From an uncultured Phycisphaeraceae bacterium (GTDB lineage: Bacteria > Planctomycetota > Phycisphaerae > Phycisphaerales > UBA1924): a stretch of DNA of 62,127 nt. The stretch is from positions 1 through 62,127 of the forward strand of contig CAYTYD010000001.1 in assembly GCA_964441555.1 (NCBI GenBank), written 5' to 3'. The position numbers were made by a program, and so were the translations under genes. The notes beneath the pieces are model-generated. The model worked only from the letters and a program-made list of their open reading frames with translations. It had not been told where the DNA came from and ran no database searches. Below, piece after piece: positions 52,650 through 62,127 of this stretch (position 1 is the stretch's first letter; every line of letters begins with the position of its first letter).

Positions 52650-54605
52650 TTACTCGGAGATCTTCACGCGGCGTCGGCTGACGCGATACCAGCCGATCGC
52701 CACGGCGATCAGCGCAACGATCGCAGGCACCAGACCAATGTTGATGATCTTCAGGTTGGTGCCAAGCTGCTCGACATCCTTGCTCAGGTTGAATTTGACG
52801 TTGCGAAGTTCTTTATTGGTGTCAGCGATGTTCTCGCGGAGGGTCTTGATGGTGGCCTGCTGTTCCGGGGTGAGAATGATGCCGCCATCCTTCTGATCCG
52901 GTCGTGCACGCTGAATCTCCTCGATCTTGCTCTTGGCCTGTTCGACCTTCTGCTGCAGGGCATCTTCCTCGGCGCGATACTTTGTTTGCGCGGCGGCCAG
53001 CATGTCGCGGACGCGCGTGAAGGGGCGGGCATATTCGCCACGAGCGCGGATGGAAATCAGATCCTGCGATCCGCCCAGGTTGTCCACGGTGTTGGACACA
53101 AAGTCGGCGTTGTCGCTGAACTTGCGCATCACAGGAATCTGGCCGAAGAGGCGATCTTCCTGCACGTAGAAACGATCATCGATGAAGTCGCAGTCGGCGA
53201 TCAACACCACGTTGATGGGAGACTTGCTTTCGGCGAGGGCGGGCTGGGTGCTGGGCTCTTCCTTCTTTTCGACCGGGTTGTTGGGGTCCGGCGTCGCCGC
53301 GGGCTTGCCAGCGGGAAACGCGGTCTTGACTGCTCCGCTCAGGCGAGCGGCGATGGTCAGGCGGTTCTTTCCGGGCACATATTCGGCGATCAACTTCTTC
53401 GGATCTGGCATCATGCCAATCTTGGCGGTGTCGATGAGCATGGCTTCGTCAGTGCTCTGCACCAGTGGCGTGACCGTGACCCATGATCCTTCACCACGAC
53501 CCGGCTTATCTTGAATGGAGCCGGCGGTGGCAAAGACAATCCGGTTGAGATTGCCGGTGATCAGATCGCCACTGACGAGGTTGGAGTCGGCGGGCTTTTC
53601 CTTATCCATGCGCATATCAACCCAGCCGACGTAGGGAACGGGCTCGCGCTGTCCCTGTTGGTTGACGTTGACAGCGCGCTTCAGATCGCCCACGAAGCGC
53701 GAATCGACGATCTCCACACCCCACGCATTCAGCAACTTATTCAGATTGCTTGCCTTGGGGGCGAGCATTGCCTCCATCTGGTTGCGGGCGTTCATGGGGA
53801 TATCGGTTTCGCAGTAGGGATCGACGAGGGCGACCAGTCGTCCGCCGCGGAGCACGAATTGGTCGATTGCAAAGAGGGTCTGATCCTTGAAGTCCTTGGG
53901 GTGCACTAGCAACAGCACGTCGATGTCTGCGGGAATCTCGGTGGAATCCACGCCGAGCTCGCGCACTTCGTACAGCTGCCGCAGTTCGGTGATCACCTGT
54001 GAAGGACGTTTCTGCTCGGGGCGCTGAGTCTGGGGGTTCAACACGAATCCGCCAGCGATGTTCAAAGGCGAGATCAGGCCGATGGCCTTCTTTTTCGGAT
54101 TGGAAAGCTGGTAGATGAGCTTGGAGACGTTGTACTCAAGAAAGCGCTCTTCGCTGGGGTCAAAGGCGGGAATCACCTGCACACCATCGATCGTGTTCTT
54201 GCCGACCAGGCCCATGAAGATGGGGTCGCGTCCCTGCAGGGGCACAAGGCCCGCGGCGGTGGCGCGATCTTCGTCCTCGCTGTATGGTGCGGGGTCGATG
54301 GTCTGCACGATCACTTTGCCAGCGCTTTGCCGCGAAAACTCCTCAAGCAGTTCGCGGACCCGCTTGCCGTAAGTGTTGTATGGCTCAACTCCGGCGACCG
54401 ACTTCTCGCTGAAGTAATACGTCAGCGTGATGGGGTCGTCGGGATTTTTCGCGATGTTGCGTGCTCCGTCACTCAGCGTGAAGAGCTTGTCCTGCGTCAG
54501 GTCGACGCGGGCGCGGCGAACGCCCTGGCCCACCAGAATGTTGATGCCCAGAAACAGGGCGATCAGAATCACGATGGCCAGCAGTGCATTGAAGGAACGG
54601 TTCAT
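52650..54605 (-). CDS. GldG-like ABC-transporter auxiliary protein
   Basis: 651 aa with N- and C-terminal TM anchors. LTQDKLFTLSDGARNI...ITLTYYFS pattern of GldG/ABC-type uncharacterised transport auxiliary components. Confidence 0.75.
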   Translation of the reverse strand: MNRSFNALLAIVILIALFLGINILVGQGVRRARVDLTQDKLFTLSDGARNIAKNPDDPITLTYYFSEKSVAGVEPYNTYGKRVRELLEEFSRQSAGKVIVQTIDPAPYSEDEDRATAAGLVPLQGRDPIFMGLVGKNTIDGVQVIPAFDPSEERFLEYNVSKLIYQLSNPKKKAIGLISPLNIAGGFVLNPQTQRPEQKRPSQVITELRQLYEVRELGVDSTEIPADIDVLLLVHPKDFKDQTLFAIDQFVLRGGRLVALVDPYCETDIPMNARNQMEAMLAPKASNLNKLLNAWGVEIVDSRFVGDLKRAVNVNQQGQREPVPYVGWVDMRMDKEKPADSNLVSGDLITGNLNRIVFATAGSIQDKPGRGEGSWVTVTPLVQSTDEAMLIDTAKIGMMPDPKKLIAEYVPGKNRLTIAARLSGAVKTAFPAGKPAATPDPNNPVEKKEEPSTQPALAESKSPINVVLIADCDFIDDRFYVQEDRLFGQIPVMRKFSDNADFVSNTVDNLGGSQDLISIRARGEYARPFTRVRDMLAAAQTKYRAEEDALQQKVEQAKSKIEEIQRARPDQKDGGIILTPEQQATIKTLRENIADTNKELRNVKFNLSKDVEQLGTNLKIINIGLVPAIVALIAVAIGWYRVSRRRVKISE

Positions 54606-54675
54606 GGAAGTACTCGCTCTGGTCCGTATGAAAGTCGTGAAAGAGAACGTGGCCGGTAAGACGGTGAAGATCCGC

Positions 54676-55407
54676 TCAACCCTTCTTGGCCTCGATCACC
54701 ACGGCGTTGATGAAGAGAAAGACGCCGATCAGTGAGCCGAAGAAGACCACATCGCGGATGTCAATGACACCCTTGGAGATGGATTCAAAGTGTGTCAGGA
54801 AACTCAGGGAAGCCAGTGCGGACACGATGTTGTCGGGAAGCCAGCCGCGGAAGACCTTGAGCACGGGATCGAAACCAACCAGCATGAAGACAAAGCAGAC
54901 CACGACGGCGATGACGAAGGCGATCACCTGGCTCTTGCTGATTGAGCTGATGCACTGGCCGATGGCCAGATATCCGCCTGCGAGCATGAGTGAACCCAGG
55001 TATCCGGCCAGAATCACGCCGTGGTCGGGCTTGCCCAGATATGAGACCGTGACCCACACCGGGAAAGTCAGAATGAGTGCCACCGCGGCAAAGGCCCAGG
55101 CGGCGAGGAACTTACCCAGCACAGCGCCACCCAGCGAAATGGGCAGCGTCAGGAGCAGTTCCAGCGTGCCGCTGCGGCGTTCCTCGGCCCACAGGCGCAT
55201 GCTGATGGCGGGAATCAGGAACAGATACAGCCAGGGGTGCCAATCAAAGAAGATGCGTAGATCGGCATTACCATTTTCATACAGCCGGCCCAATTGAAAC
55301 GTGAAGATGCCGGTGAGTAGCAGGAAGATGACGATGAAGACATACGCGACGGGAGTAGCGAAATACCCGGCCAATTCGCGGCGGAAGACAGCAAGCGTTC
55401 CTTTCAT
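54676..55407 (-). CDS. ABC-2 type transporter permease (GldF-like)
   Basis: 243 aa with 6 TM helices. FRRELAGYFATPVAYVFIVIFLLL N-terminus. ATGA overlap with the upstream ATPase gene. Confidence 0.8.
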   Translation of the reverse strand: MKGTLAVFRRELAGYFATPVAYVFIVIFLLLTGIFTFQLGRLYENGNADLRIFFDWHPWLYLFLIPAISMRLWAEERRSGTLELLLTLPISLGGAVLGKFLAAWAFAAVALILTFPVWVTVSYLGKPDHGVILAGYLGSLMLAGGYLAIGQCISSISKSQVIAFVIAVVVCFVFMLVGFDPVLKVFRGWLPDNIVSALASLSFLTHFESISKGVIDIRDVVFFGSLIGVFLFINAVVIEAKKG

Positions 55408-56348
55408 GCCGCACCTCCTGCCGCGGTGATATCTCGGAAGACATCATCCAGTCGTCCTGATTCCACCGTCATCTCTTTGACCTCCCAGGCCCTGTTACGC
55501 ACCAGCTGTGACACGTCGCCCACGATGGATTTGCCACCCTTGGCGATGACGCGGCAGGCAACCACACCTTCCTCGGTGCCCTTACCTTCGACTTCGGCGA
55601 CGCCCGCCACCTTGCGAAGTTCATCAAACACCATTACGCCCTGCGGCGGGCGAACCTTCAGGCAAACGGCGTTGTGCAGCTTTGATCGCGAAGCCAGCTT
55701 GGCCGGAGTCTCATCCGCCACCACGCGGCCGCGGGCCACGATCGCCGCGCGAGTGCACACACTTTCCACTTCTTCCAAGATGTGCGTTGAAAGGACGATG
55801 CACTTGTCTTTGGCCATGTCCTGAATCAAGCCGCGCACTTGGTGCTTTTGATTGGGATCGAGGCCATCGGTTGGTTCATCCAGAATGAGCACCGGGGGAT
55901 CGTGGAGAATCGCCTGGGCCAGACCGACGCGCCGCTTGAAACCCTTGGAGAGTGTCTCGATCGGTTGCCGCACCACCGAAGCGAGCTGCAGGCGATCGAT
56001 GACAAAGGCGGTGCGCTTGTGCGCGACATCGGATGACAGCCCGCGCGCCTGGGCGACAAACTTGAAGAGCCCTTCCGGCGTCATGTCGGGATAGAGGGGA
56101 GCACCTTCGGGCAGATACCCCATGACGGTTTTGACCGCCAACGGGTCTTTGAGGACATCGTGTCCGGCGACCAGTGCTGTGCCGCTGGTCGGGGTGAGGA
56201 ACCCGGCGACCATCTTCATCGTGGTGGATTTGCCGGCGCCGTTGGGCCCCAGAAAGCCCAGCACTTCACCCTTGTCGATCTTCAGAGAGATCCCCTGCAC
56301 TGCGACGAAGGAACCAAACTCTTTACGCAAAGCCTGCAACTCGATCAT
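55404..56348 (-). CDS. ABC transporter ATP-binding protein (GldA-like)
   Basis: Walker A GPNGAGKSTT, signature LSKGFKRR, Walker B VLILDEPTDGLD. Confidence 0.9.
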   Translation of the reverse strand: MIELQALRKEFGSFVAVQGISLKIDKGEVLGFLGPNGAGKSTTMKMVAGFLTPTSGTALVAGHDVLKDPLAVKTVMGYLPEGAPLYPDMTPEGLFKFVAQARGLSSDVAHKRTAFVIDRLQLASVVRQPIETLSKGFKRRVGLAQAILHDPPVLILDEPTDGLDPNQKHQVRGLIQDMAKDKCIVLSTHILEEVESVCTRAAIVARGRVVADETPAKLASRSKLHNAVCLKVRPPQGVMVFDELRKVAGVAEVEGKGTEEGVVACRVIAKGGKSIVGDVSQLVRNRAWEVKEMTVESGRLDDVFRDITAAGGAA

Positions 56349-56524
56349 GGTCGTCGGCTCCTTGGCCTTGGCCGCCCATCGCGATCAGAAGCACTTGTCA
56401 ATGCGGCACTTACGGAGAAAAACATCCCTCCGATCCATGCCGCCACCGCCAGGACTTGGTTGCCCAATTGTCCAGGGGGTTGTTATATGCAGGATGATGA
56501 GGATGCGCGCACGGGCAGATTCCG

Positions 56525-57442
56525 TCAGGCGTCGACTTGCTCACGCCAGTTGGCGACCCACTGCGAGGTTATCGGTCCAACGCTTCCGCCACCGATGGTT
56601 TCGCGCTCCAGCCGCGTGACGGGAAGGACGCCGAAGCTGGAGTTGGTGACGACGATTTCGTCGGCCTTGAGGAGATCATCTATGGAGACGAGCCGCTTGG
56701 TCACGGTCATCCCGGTTCCGGCGGCCCAATCGAGGACGTGCTGGCGAGTGATGCCGGGGAGGACGGGGGCGCGGAGCCGCACGCCGCCAGTACTCGTTCC
56801 ACCAGATTCGGTTTCTTCGCCGCGAGCGATGGGCGTGATGACCTGACCGTCTTTGATGAGGATGAGATTCGAGACACAACCGCCGCAGAGGTGATTGGTG
56901 ACGGAAAAGACCAGGGCCTCGCCAGCGCGTTTGGCGGCAGCTTTCTGAAGTTCACGCAGACGCGTCCAGTAGTTCAACGTTTTGTGCCCTTCGCCCTCGT
57001 CCAGCGGATTGGCACGGAAATCTGCGACGACAACGCTGATGCCGTTGTCATACATCTCGGCGGGGTAGGTGATGGCCGGCTGCGACACGACAAGCACCGT
57101 GGGGCCGGCGTTTTCGGCCTTGCCACCGGCGAGCAGATTCAGATCGCCTCCGGTCACAGTGAGCCGCACGCGCTGGCGAGGCGTGGCATCGCGCTCGACG
57201 GTGGCGACGACGGCCTCTTCGAGTGCGGCGAGGTTGAGCTCGCGCGTCAGGCCGAGCTCCTTGGCAGAGATGGCCAGCCGCGACAAGTGTTCATCGAGCC
57301 CGATGACGCGGGCTTCGCCGCCGGACATCACCGCCGTCATGGTTTCAAAGAGACCGACGGCGTGCTGCAATCCGGCATCGAATGCGGAAATGCGGGCATC
57401 GCCCGGAGCGAGAAACTCACCATTCACCAGCACAGTTGGCAT
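56525..57442 (-). CDS. Class IV (fold type IV) PLP aminotransferase / aminodeoxychorismate-lyase-like
   Basis: FDAGLQHAVGLFETM N-terminus, GHKTLNYW (PLP Lys), LPGITRQHVL, and VTNSSFGVLPV, typical of the IlvE/PabC/Dat family. Confidence 0.8.
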   Translation of the reverse strand: MPTVLVNGEFLAPGDARISAFDAGLQHAVGLFETMTAVMSGGEARVIGLDEHLSRLAISAKELGLTRELNLAALEEAVVATVERDATPRQRVRLTVTGGDLNLLAGGKAENAGPTVLVVSQPAITYPAEMYDNGISVVVADFRANPLDEGEGHKTLNYWTRLRELQKAAAKRAGEALVFSVTNHLCGGCVSNLILIKDGQVITPIARGEETESGGTSTGGVRLRAPVLPGITRQHVLDWAAGTGMTVTKRLVSIDDLLKADEIVVTNSSFGVLPVTRLERETIGGGSVGPITSQWVANWREQVDA

Positions 57443-57478
57443 GGGTCAAGGGTAAGACGATCGGAAGCGGCGTGCGCT

Positions 57479-59263
57479 TCATTTCGCGGGCTGATTGCAG
57501 TACGAGACCCACATCCGCCGCAGCACGCGCTCGAAATCGTGGCACCAGGCCTGCCCATTGCACAGCGTGGAGGCGAGCAGTTGTGGTCGAAGAGAGGAAC
57601 GGAGGGTCGAACGACCCGGGGCGTCTGCCGCGAGCGCTGACGCGATCTGGTGATAGTGATCCTCGTCTTTGGCGATCCAATCCGGGTGGCCCAGGTGTGT
57701 GAGGAGAGAAACGCCGACGCGGCTGGCGTGGTTCTGCCCTTCCAGCACCACCACCGGCACGCCCATGAAAATCGCTTCGCAGGTTGTTGTCGTGCCGTGA
57801 TATGGGAAGGTGTCGAGGGCGATGTCCATCTGTGAATACAGATCAAGATGCTCGCGCAAGCCGTCAGTGGCGGTGTGCAGCACAAGGCGGGAGGGATCGA
57901 CGCCCGCTGCAGCAAAGCGATCGCGGGTGCGTTGCTGAGATTCAGGATCGTCGAGGCCAATGGTCTTGAGCAGCAGCCGCGAGCCGGGATGATCGTTGAC
58001 GATGCGGGCCCAGCGCGTGACGGTTGAATCGCTCAGTTTCTGCAGGGAGTTGAAGCTGCCGAAGGTCAGCGGGCGGTCTGGCGCGATGCGTGGCTCAGGC
58101 GCGATATCTGGTGGTGGCGGGGCATAACAGAGAAAGCACCCTTCCATGCGTTCCAGCCGCTCGACGTAGTGCGGGTCTGTCAATCCGGGTGGATCGGTGA
58201 TCGCATCCACGATGCGGTGTCCAACGGCAGAGAGGCCAGTGGAGTTTGGATAGCCGCAGTAGGTTGCCTGAACGGGCGCGGGTCGATTGTGCAGCGTGCC
58301 CATGCGGTGGCCGATGGTGTGCCCGTGCAGATCGATGAGGATGTCGACGCGATCATCCCAGATCTGCATCGCCAGCTTGTTGTCGCTCAAGGCGCGGCAG
58401 TCGCGCCACAGATCAGCGCTCTTCTTCAGGCGTTCGGTGAAATCGTCGGTTGGGTTGGTGGTGGAGAAAGCCACGATTTCAAAGGCGGATCGATCGGCAA
58501 ATTTCAGCAGTGGCTCGATGAAGAAAGCGACCGAGTGCCGGCGCAGATCGGCGGAAAGCACCCCCACGCGAATGCGCCGATCGGGATCGCGTGATTGTGT
58601 GTATTCCACGGTTGGAGCACGAAATGAGCGACTGAGAATCTCTCCGTATCGCCGGTGCACGGTGCCGATGTGGGCAGGGTCCAAACCATCGATGTAGTTG
58701 CTGGCGTAGGAAACCATCGCCGCGAGAAGGTGCGAGTTGGGCTGCTGCTTGAGCCCGGCCTCGATCACCTCGATGGCCTCGGCGGGGCGACCGGCGGTGA
58801 GCATGACTCCGCCCAGCGCACTGGTCAGATTCTCATTTCCGGGTTGCGCCGCCAGGCCGCGGCTGTACGCCTCCTCCGCTTCGCGAAAGCGGCCCTGGTG
58901 TTTCAACACCGAGCCCAGACCCTGCCAGGCGTTGATCCAATTCGCATCAATCGCCAGGACGCGGCGAAAAGCCTCCTCGGCCTTGATCAGATGGCCAAGC
59001 TGTCCCAGCGTGTTGCCATAGGTGGTGAGAATGTGTGGGTTGTCGGGCGCGAGCTTGGCGGCGGTTTCCGAGTAATAGAGCGATTTCTGATGCTCTGCCT
59101 TATGCACAAGCACCACGGCCATGGCGTCATAGAGATATGGGTTTTTTGGCTCGGCGCGGATGAGCTTCTGCAATTCCATCACGGCGCGGTCATACTGGCC
59201 CGCGGCAAGAAATGCCTGAATCTGCTGCTGTTTAGCCGGTGGAAAGGTGCTCATGCTCGACAT
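57479..59263 (-). CDS. TPR-repeat protein with SPINDLY/OGT-like (GT41) C-terminal glycosyltransferase domain
   Basis: About 5 N-terminal TPRs (AEEAFRRVLAIDANWINAWQGLG and others). The C-terminal half has RIRVGVLSADLRRHSV...DILIDLHGHT...FGSFNSLQKL...LDTFPYHGTTTTCEA, typical of COG3914 proteins. Confidence 0.75.
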   Translation of the reverse strand: MSSMSTFPPAKQQQIQAFLAAGQYDRAVMELQKLIRAEPKNPYLYDAMAVVLVHKAEHQKSLYYSETAAKLAPDNPHILTTYGNTLGQLGHLIKAEEAFRRVLAIDANWINAWQGLGSVLKHQGRFREAEEAYSRGLAAQPGNENLTSALGGVMLTAGRPAEAIEVIEAGLKQQPNSHLLAAMVSYASNYIDGLDPAHIGTVHRRYGEILSRSFRAPTVEYTQSRDPDRRIRVGVLSADLRRHSVAFFIEPLLKFADRSAFEIVAFSTTNPTDDFTERLKKSADLWRDCRALSDNKLAMQIWDDRVDILIDLHGHTIGHRMGTLHNRPAPVQATYCGYPNSTGLSAVGHRIVDAITDPPGLTDPHYVERLERMEGCFLCYAPPPPDIAPEPRIAPDRPLTFGSFNSLQKLSDSTVTRWARIVNDHPGSRLLLKTIGLDDPESQQRTRDRFAAAGVDPSRLVLHTATDGLREHLDLYSQMDIALDTFPYHGTTTTCEAIFMGVPVVVLEGQNHASRVGVSLLTHLGHPDWIAKDEDHYHQIASALAADAPGRSTLRSSLRPQLLASTLCNGQAWCHDFERVLRRMWVSYCNQPAK

Positions 59264-59265
59264 GC

Positions 59266-60489
59266 TCACAAACGAGATTTCACCCACTCACGCGCTGCTC
59301 GATCAGACGCCATCACATCCGCCAGCGTGTTGCTGCGACGGCTCGGCACGCCCTCCAGCGCGCCGATGGCGAGCTCGGCGATGCGGGCGAATGGCAGAGG
59401 TGCTCGCGAGTCATCTAGAAAGCGGCTCACCGCTTCTTCGTTGGCCGCGTTGAGAATCGCCCCGCGCGTGGTATCGCTCTTGCCAGGACCGATGCACTCG
59501 CGCCAGAGCGCGGCGCCAGGGAAGCGATGTTCGTCCACCGGTTCAAACTCAAGCGAGCGCAAGGTGTTGAAATCCACACGCTTGCACTTCCCCTGATCGC
59601 GGGCCGGATAGGTCAGTGCAAGCTGAATCGGCGTGCACATGTCGGGCATACCCAGCTGCGCGAGCGACGCACCATCCACTGTTTCCACGATGGCGTGCAC
59701 GATCGATTGCGGATGGACGATCGCACCGAGCCGGTCGGGCCCAAGGCCAAAGAGCCAGTGCGCCTCGATCAACTCAAGCGATTTGTTGATCAGCGTGGCG
59801 GAATCAATCGTGATCTTTCCGCCCATCCGCCACGTTGGATGCTTCAGGGCATCCTCGCGTGTCGCCCGCGCGATCTCCGTTGGTTTCCAGGTTCGGAACG
59901 GTCCGCCACTGGCTGTCAGCAGCACCCGCGAGATTTGATGATGACGATCCTCGCAGGGTGGATACACCGGCACCGCTTCGTATGGATAGATGCCGCTGAG
60001 TGCCTGCCACACCGCGGAGTGTTCACTGTCCACCGGCAGCAGCATGCAGCGCGAACTTGCCGCGACCATCACGTTTCCTGCCGCGACCAGAGTTTCCTTG
60101 TTGGCGATGGCCACCTGCGGACACACCTCAATGGCGGCGAGTGTCGCAGGAAGTCCTGCGGCGCCGACCATGGCGGCAATCACAACGTCCGGTTTCACAT
60201 CCCGCACCAGTTGTTCCGCGGCACCCACACCGCGACGCGCTTGTCTCACCTCTTCTGGCAGCAACTCTCGCGGCGCGGTGTCATCGGCCAACGCAAGCGC
60301 CCTGACGCCAAAACGCCGCGCCTGCTCGGCGAGCAACGAAGCGTTCTTTCCCGCCGCCAGCCCCGCCACTTGGTAGTGAAACGTGGTCTGGCGATTCATC
60401 TCCAGGCGATTCAGATGGTCGATCACATCCAGGGCCTGTGTGCCGATGGATCCAGTCGAGCCCAGAATGACCACTCGTTTGCTCGTCAT
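59266..60489 (-). CDS. dxr: 1-deoxy-D-xylulose-5-phosphate reductoisomerase
   Basis: VVILGSTGSIGTQALDVI (NADPH site), LPVDSEHSA, SGGPFR and HPTWRMGGKITIDSATL motifs. Confidence 0.95.
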   Translation of the reverse strand: MTSKRVVILGSTGSIGTQALDVIDHLNRLEMNRQTTFHYQVAGLAAGKNASLLAEQARRFGVRALALADDTAPRELLPEEVRQARRGVGAAEQLVRDVKPDVVIAAMVGAAGLPATLAAIEVCPQVAIANKETLVAAGNVMVAASSRCMLLPVDSEHSAVWQALSGIYPYEAVPVYPPCEDRHHQISRVLLTASGGPFRTWKPTEIARATREDALKHPTWRMGGKITIDSATLINKSLELIEAHWLFGLGPDRLGAIVHPQSIVHAIVETVDGASLAQLGMPDMCTPIQLALTYPARDQGKCKRVDFNTLRSLEFEPVDEHRFPGAALWRECIGPGKSDTTRGAILNAANEEAVSRFLDDSRAPLPFARIAELAIGALEGVPSRRSNTLADVMASDRAAREWVKSRL

Positions 60490-60554
60490 GCGCGCTCCAC
60501 GATATCAGCACGCCTGCCCCCACAGACGAACGCCGCTCGATGTGCAACCGAAGA

Positions 60555-62127
60555 TCACTCCTGCTTGGGACGCTTATTCAACTCGCTGGCATTGAGCTTG
60601 CGTCGGCCAGCACCATACAGACTGCGCGGTTGAACGGGACGCACCACAGGGGCGGGCATGTCTGCCGAGCGCTCCTTCGGCGCCGCTGGCGGTGTGCCGG
60701 TTGGCCTGATGCTGGGGCTCGCGCTTGATTGCGGCTGTTCTCGCGGGGGCGGAGTCGGTCGTGGCATGTCTTGCCGCGGTCCGCGTGGTTGTCCCTGATT
60801 CTGACGCGGATTATCGCGTTGCCCATCGCGCGGCCCGTTTTGTCCACGGCTTTGTGTGCCGCTGCGCGGACCACCTCGGGCACCCTCGCGAGGCCCCTCT
60901 CGAGATCCGTCGCGCAAACCCTGGCTCTGTGGACGGGGCTCAACGCCACCTTGTTCACCCTTCACACGACCGCCGCGGCCGCGGCGACGACGACGGCGTG
61001 GTCCACCATCACCCTCTTGTGGCTTGCCTTCGCCACCCTCGCCCATGCCGCCATCACCTTCAAAGCCCATTCCGCCCTCATCACCACCAAATTCGGCAAA
61101 GCCCATCGGCTTGCCAAACCCGGTGGGTCTTCCGAATGCGGAACCAACGATTCGATCATCGTCGTGGCGTGCAATCTGGGGTGGCTGTCCCTGCTGCGGA
61201 GCGCGACGCGGCTCCCCGTCGTTGCGCAGTGCCGGTGGCTCGTCGCCCCAATCACCACCGCCGCGGCTCCCGTCACCTTGGGGTGCGGGCGTTGCGCCGC
61301 GCATCCCTTCGGAGCTCCCATCGCGCTGTCCTTCGCCGCGGCCGCCACGACCTCGACGACGGCGACGGCCTCGGCGCTCGCCATCCGGCCCTCCCTGCAT
61401 GTTGTCGTCAGGTGCATTGTGAGGGCCATCGCTCGTGGGGGTGCTGGAGCCGTGAGCGGCTCCGGCAGGAGTGCCGGTTTGCGTTCCCGCCGCGCCACCC
61501 TGTGGGTGTGTCACCGGCTCGCCCCACTCATCGGCATCATCAGCGATTGGCGCAGCGTGTGCTGGTGCTCGGTCACCATGCCCGCCTCGACCACCCTGAT
61601 TGCCTCGCCTGCCATCATCGCGGCGTCCCTGATCGCGAGGACCATCGCGGTGTCCTTCACGACGCCCATCGCGCGGGTTATCGCGGCGTTGGACTTGCGT
61701 GTTTGCATCGCGGGCCGCGTCACGACCACCTTCACGTCCTGGTCGATCGTGCCGCGGCTTGCCACGGCCACGACCGCGCCGGTCATACTTGCCGATATCC
61801 GCCAGCGTCGGGCCCTCGAGCTGCTCGGGACCATCGCTGCCACCTTCGGGGAGCGCCTCATCAAACTCGATGGGATGCGCTGAGGGCACTTCGCCATCTT
61901 CGACGACTTCCTCCACCACATCCTGCGGCTCGGCATCAAAGACCGGTGTGTCTTCCACATCCGGGGCATCCTCGGCGAAGGAAAATTCCTGGAGGTTCTT
62001 GGGACGTGGGGGCATTGGGAGACGAGTCAGATCGACATCCCCCTCATCGTCATAGGCGTAAATCGTCACGCGATCGACAGCGACAGTCTCGCTGACACGC
62101 ACATCCACGTGGCGTTCCATCAGCTTT
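60555..62127 (-). CDS. Partial CDS: about 500-aa Arg/Gly/Asp/Pro-rich disordered C-terminal region of an unidentified (possibly RNA-associated) protein
   Basis: The frame is open to the window edge, and an in-frame ATG at 62120 could instead be the start. Low-complexity GRGRGKPRHDRPGREGGRD..., GPRDQGRRDDGRRGNQGGRGG.... No catalytic domain is visible inside the window. Confidence 0.55.
   Translation of the reverse strand, partial: KLMERHVDVRVSETVAVDRVTIYAYDDEGDVDLTRLPMPPRPKNLQEFSFAEDAPDVEDTPVFDAEPQDVVEEVVEDGEVPSAHPIEFDEALPEGGSDGPEQLEGPTLADIGKYDRRGRGRGKPRHDRPGREGGRDAARDANTQVQRRDNPRDGRREGHRDGPRDQGRRDDGRRGNQGGRGGHGDRAPAHAAPIADDADEWGEPVTHPQGGAAGTQTGTPAGAAHGSSTPTSDGPHNAPDDNMQGGPDGERRGRRRRRGRGGRGEGQRDGSSEGMRGATPAPQGDGSRGGGDWGDEPPALRNDGEPRRAPQQGQPPQIARHDDDRIVGSAFGRPTGFGKPMGFAEFGGDEGGMGFEGDGGMGEGGEGKPQEGDGGPRRRRRRGRGGRVKGEQGGVEPRPQSQGLRDGSREGPREGARGGPRSGTQSRGQNGPRDGQRDNPRQNQGQPRGPRQDMPRPTPPPREQPQSSASPSIRPTGTPPAAPKERSADMPAPVVRPVQPRSLYGAGRRKLNASELNKRPKQE

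Overview
High-GC bacterial chromosomal segment of about 62 kb. The gene content points to Planctomycetota, probably Phycisphaerae (inference, no search run): a DUF1559-type prepilin-like protein, a GspD/GspE-only secretion pair, five secreted proteins ending in the same Cys-bounded double DxNxDG / FDYLDF dockerin-like module, DUF4139, and a GldG/DUF4340 ABC cluster. The window holds about 45 supportable CDS. These include dnaA with an adjacent candidate oriC, dxr, mutM, gmd, two aminotransferases, a POT peptide transporter, an envelope-glycan neighbourhood (GT87, UbiA-type decaprenyl-phosphate phosphoribosyltransferase, GT-C-like membrane protein, flippase), and a gliding-type ABC transporter operon. 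I saw no rRNA, tRNA, CRISPR array, cas gene, transposase, integrase or reverse transcriptase. The most unusual region is 8.6-12.3 kb. Five small same-strand ORFs there are separated by diverged copies of one modular, almost purely purine-rich (+ strand) mosaic repeat built from phased heptads, GA tracts and a post-stop stem-loop. A partial copy of this mosaic sits in frame inside the GT87 gene. The second candidate is a low-GC two-gene island at 36.5-38.6 kb: a wHTH/zinc-ribbon protein plus a TM/coiled-coil DUF4041-T5orf172 (GIY-YIG-like) protein, which looks like an uncharacterised defence module. Many long ORFs in the six-frame track are high-GC shadow ORFs and were discarded. All functional calls rest on motifs read by eye.
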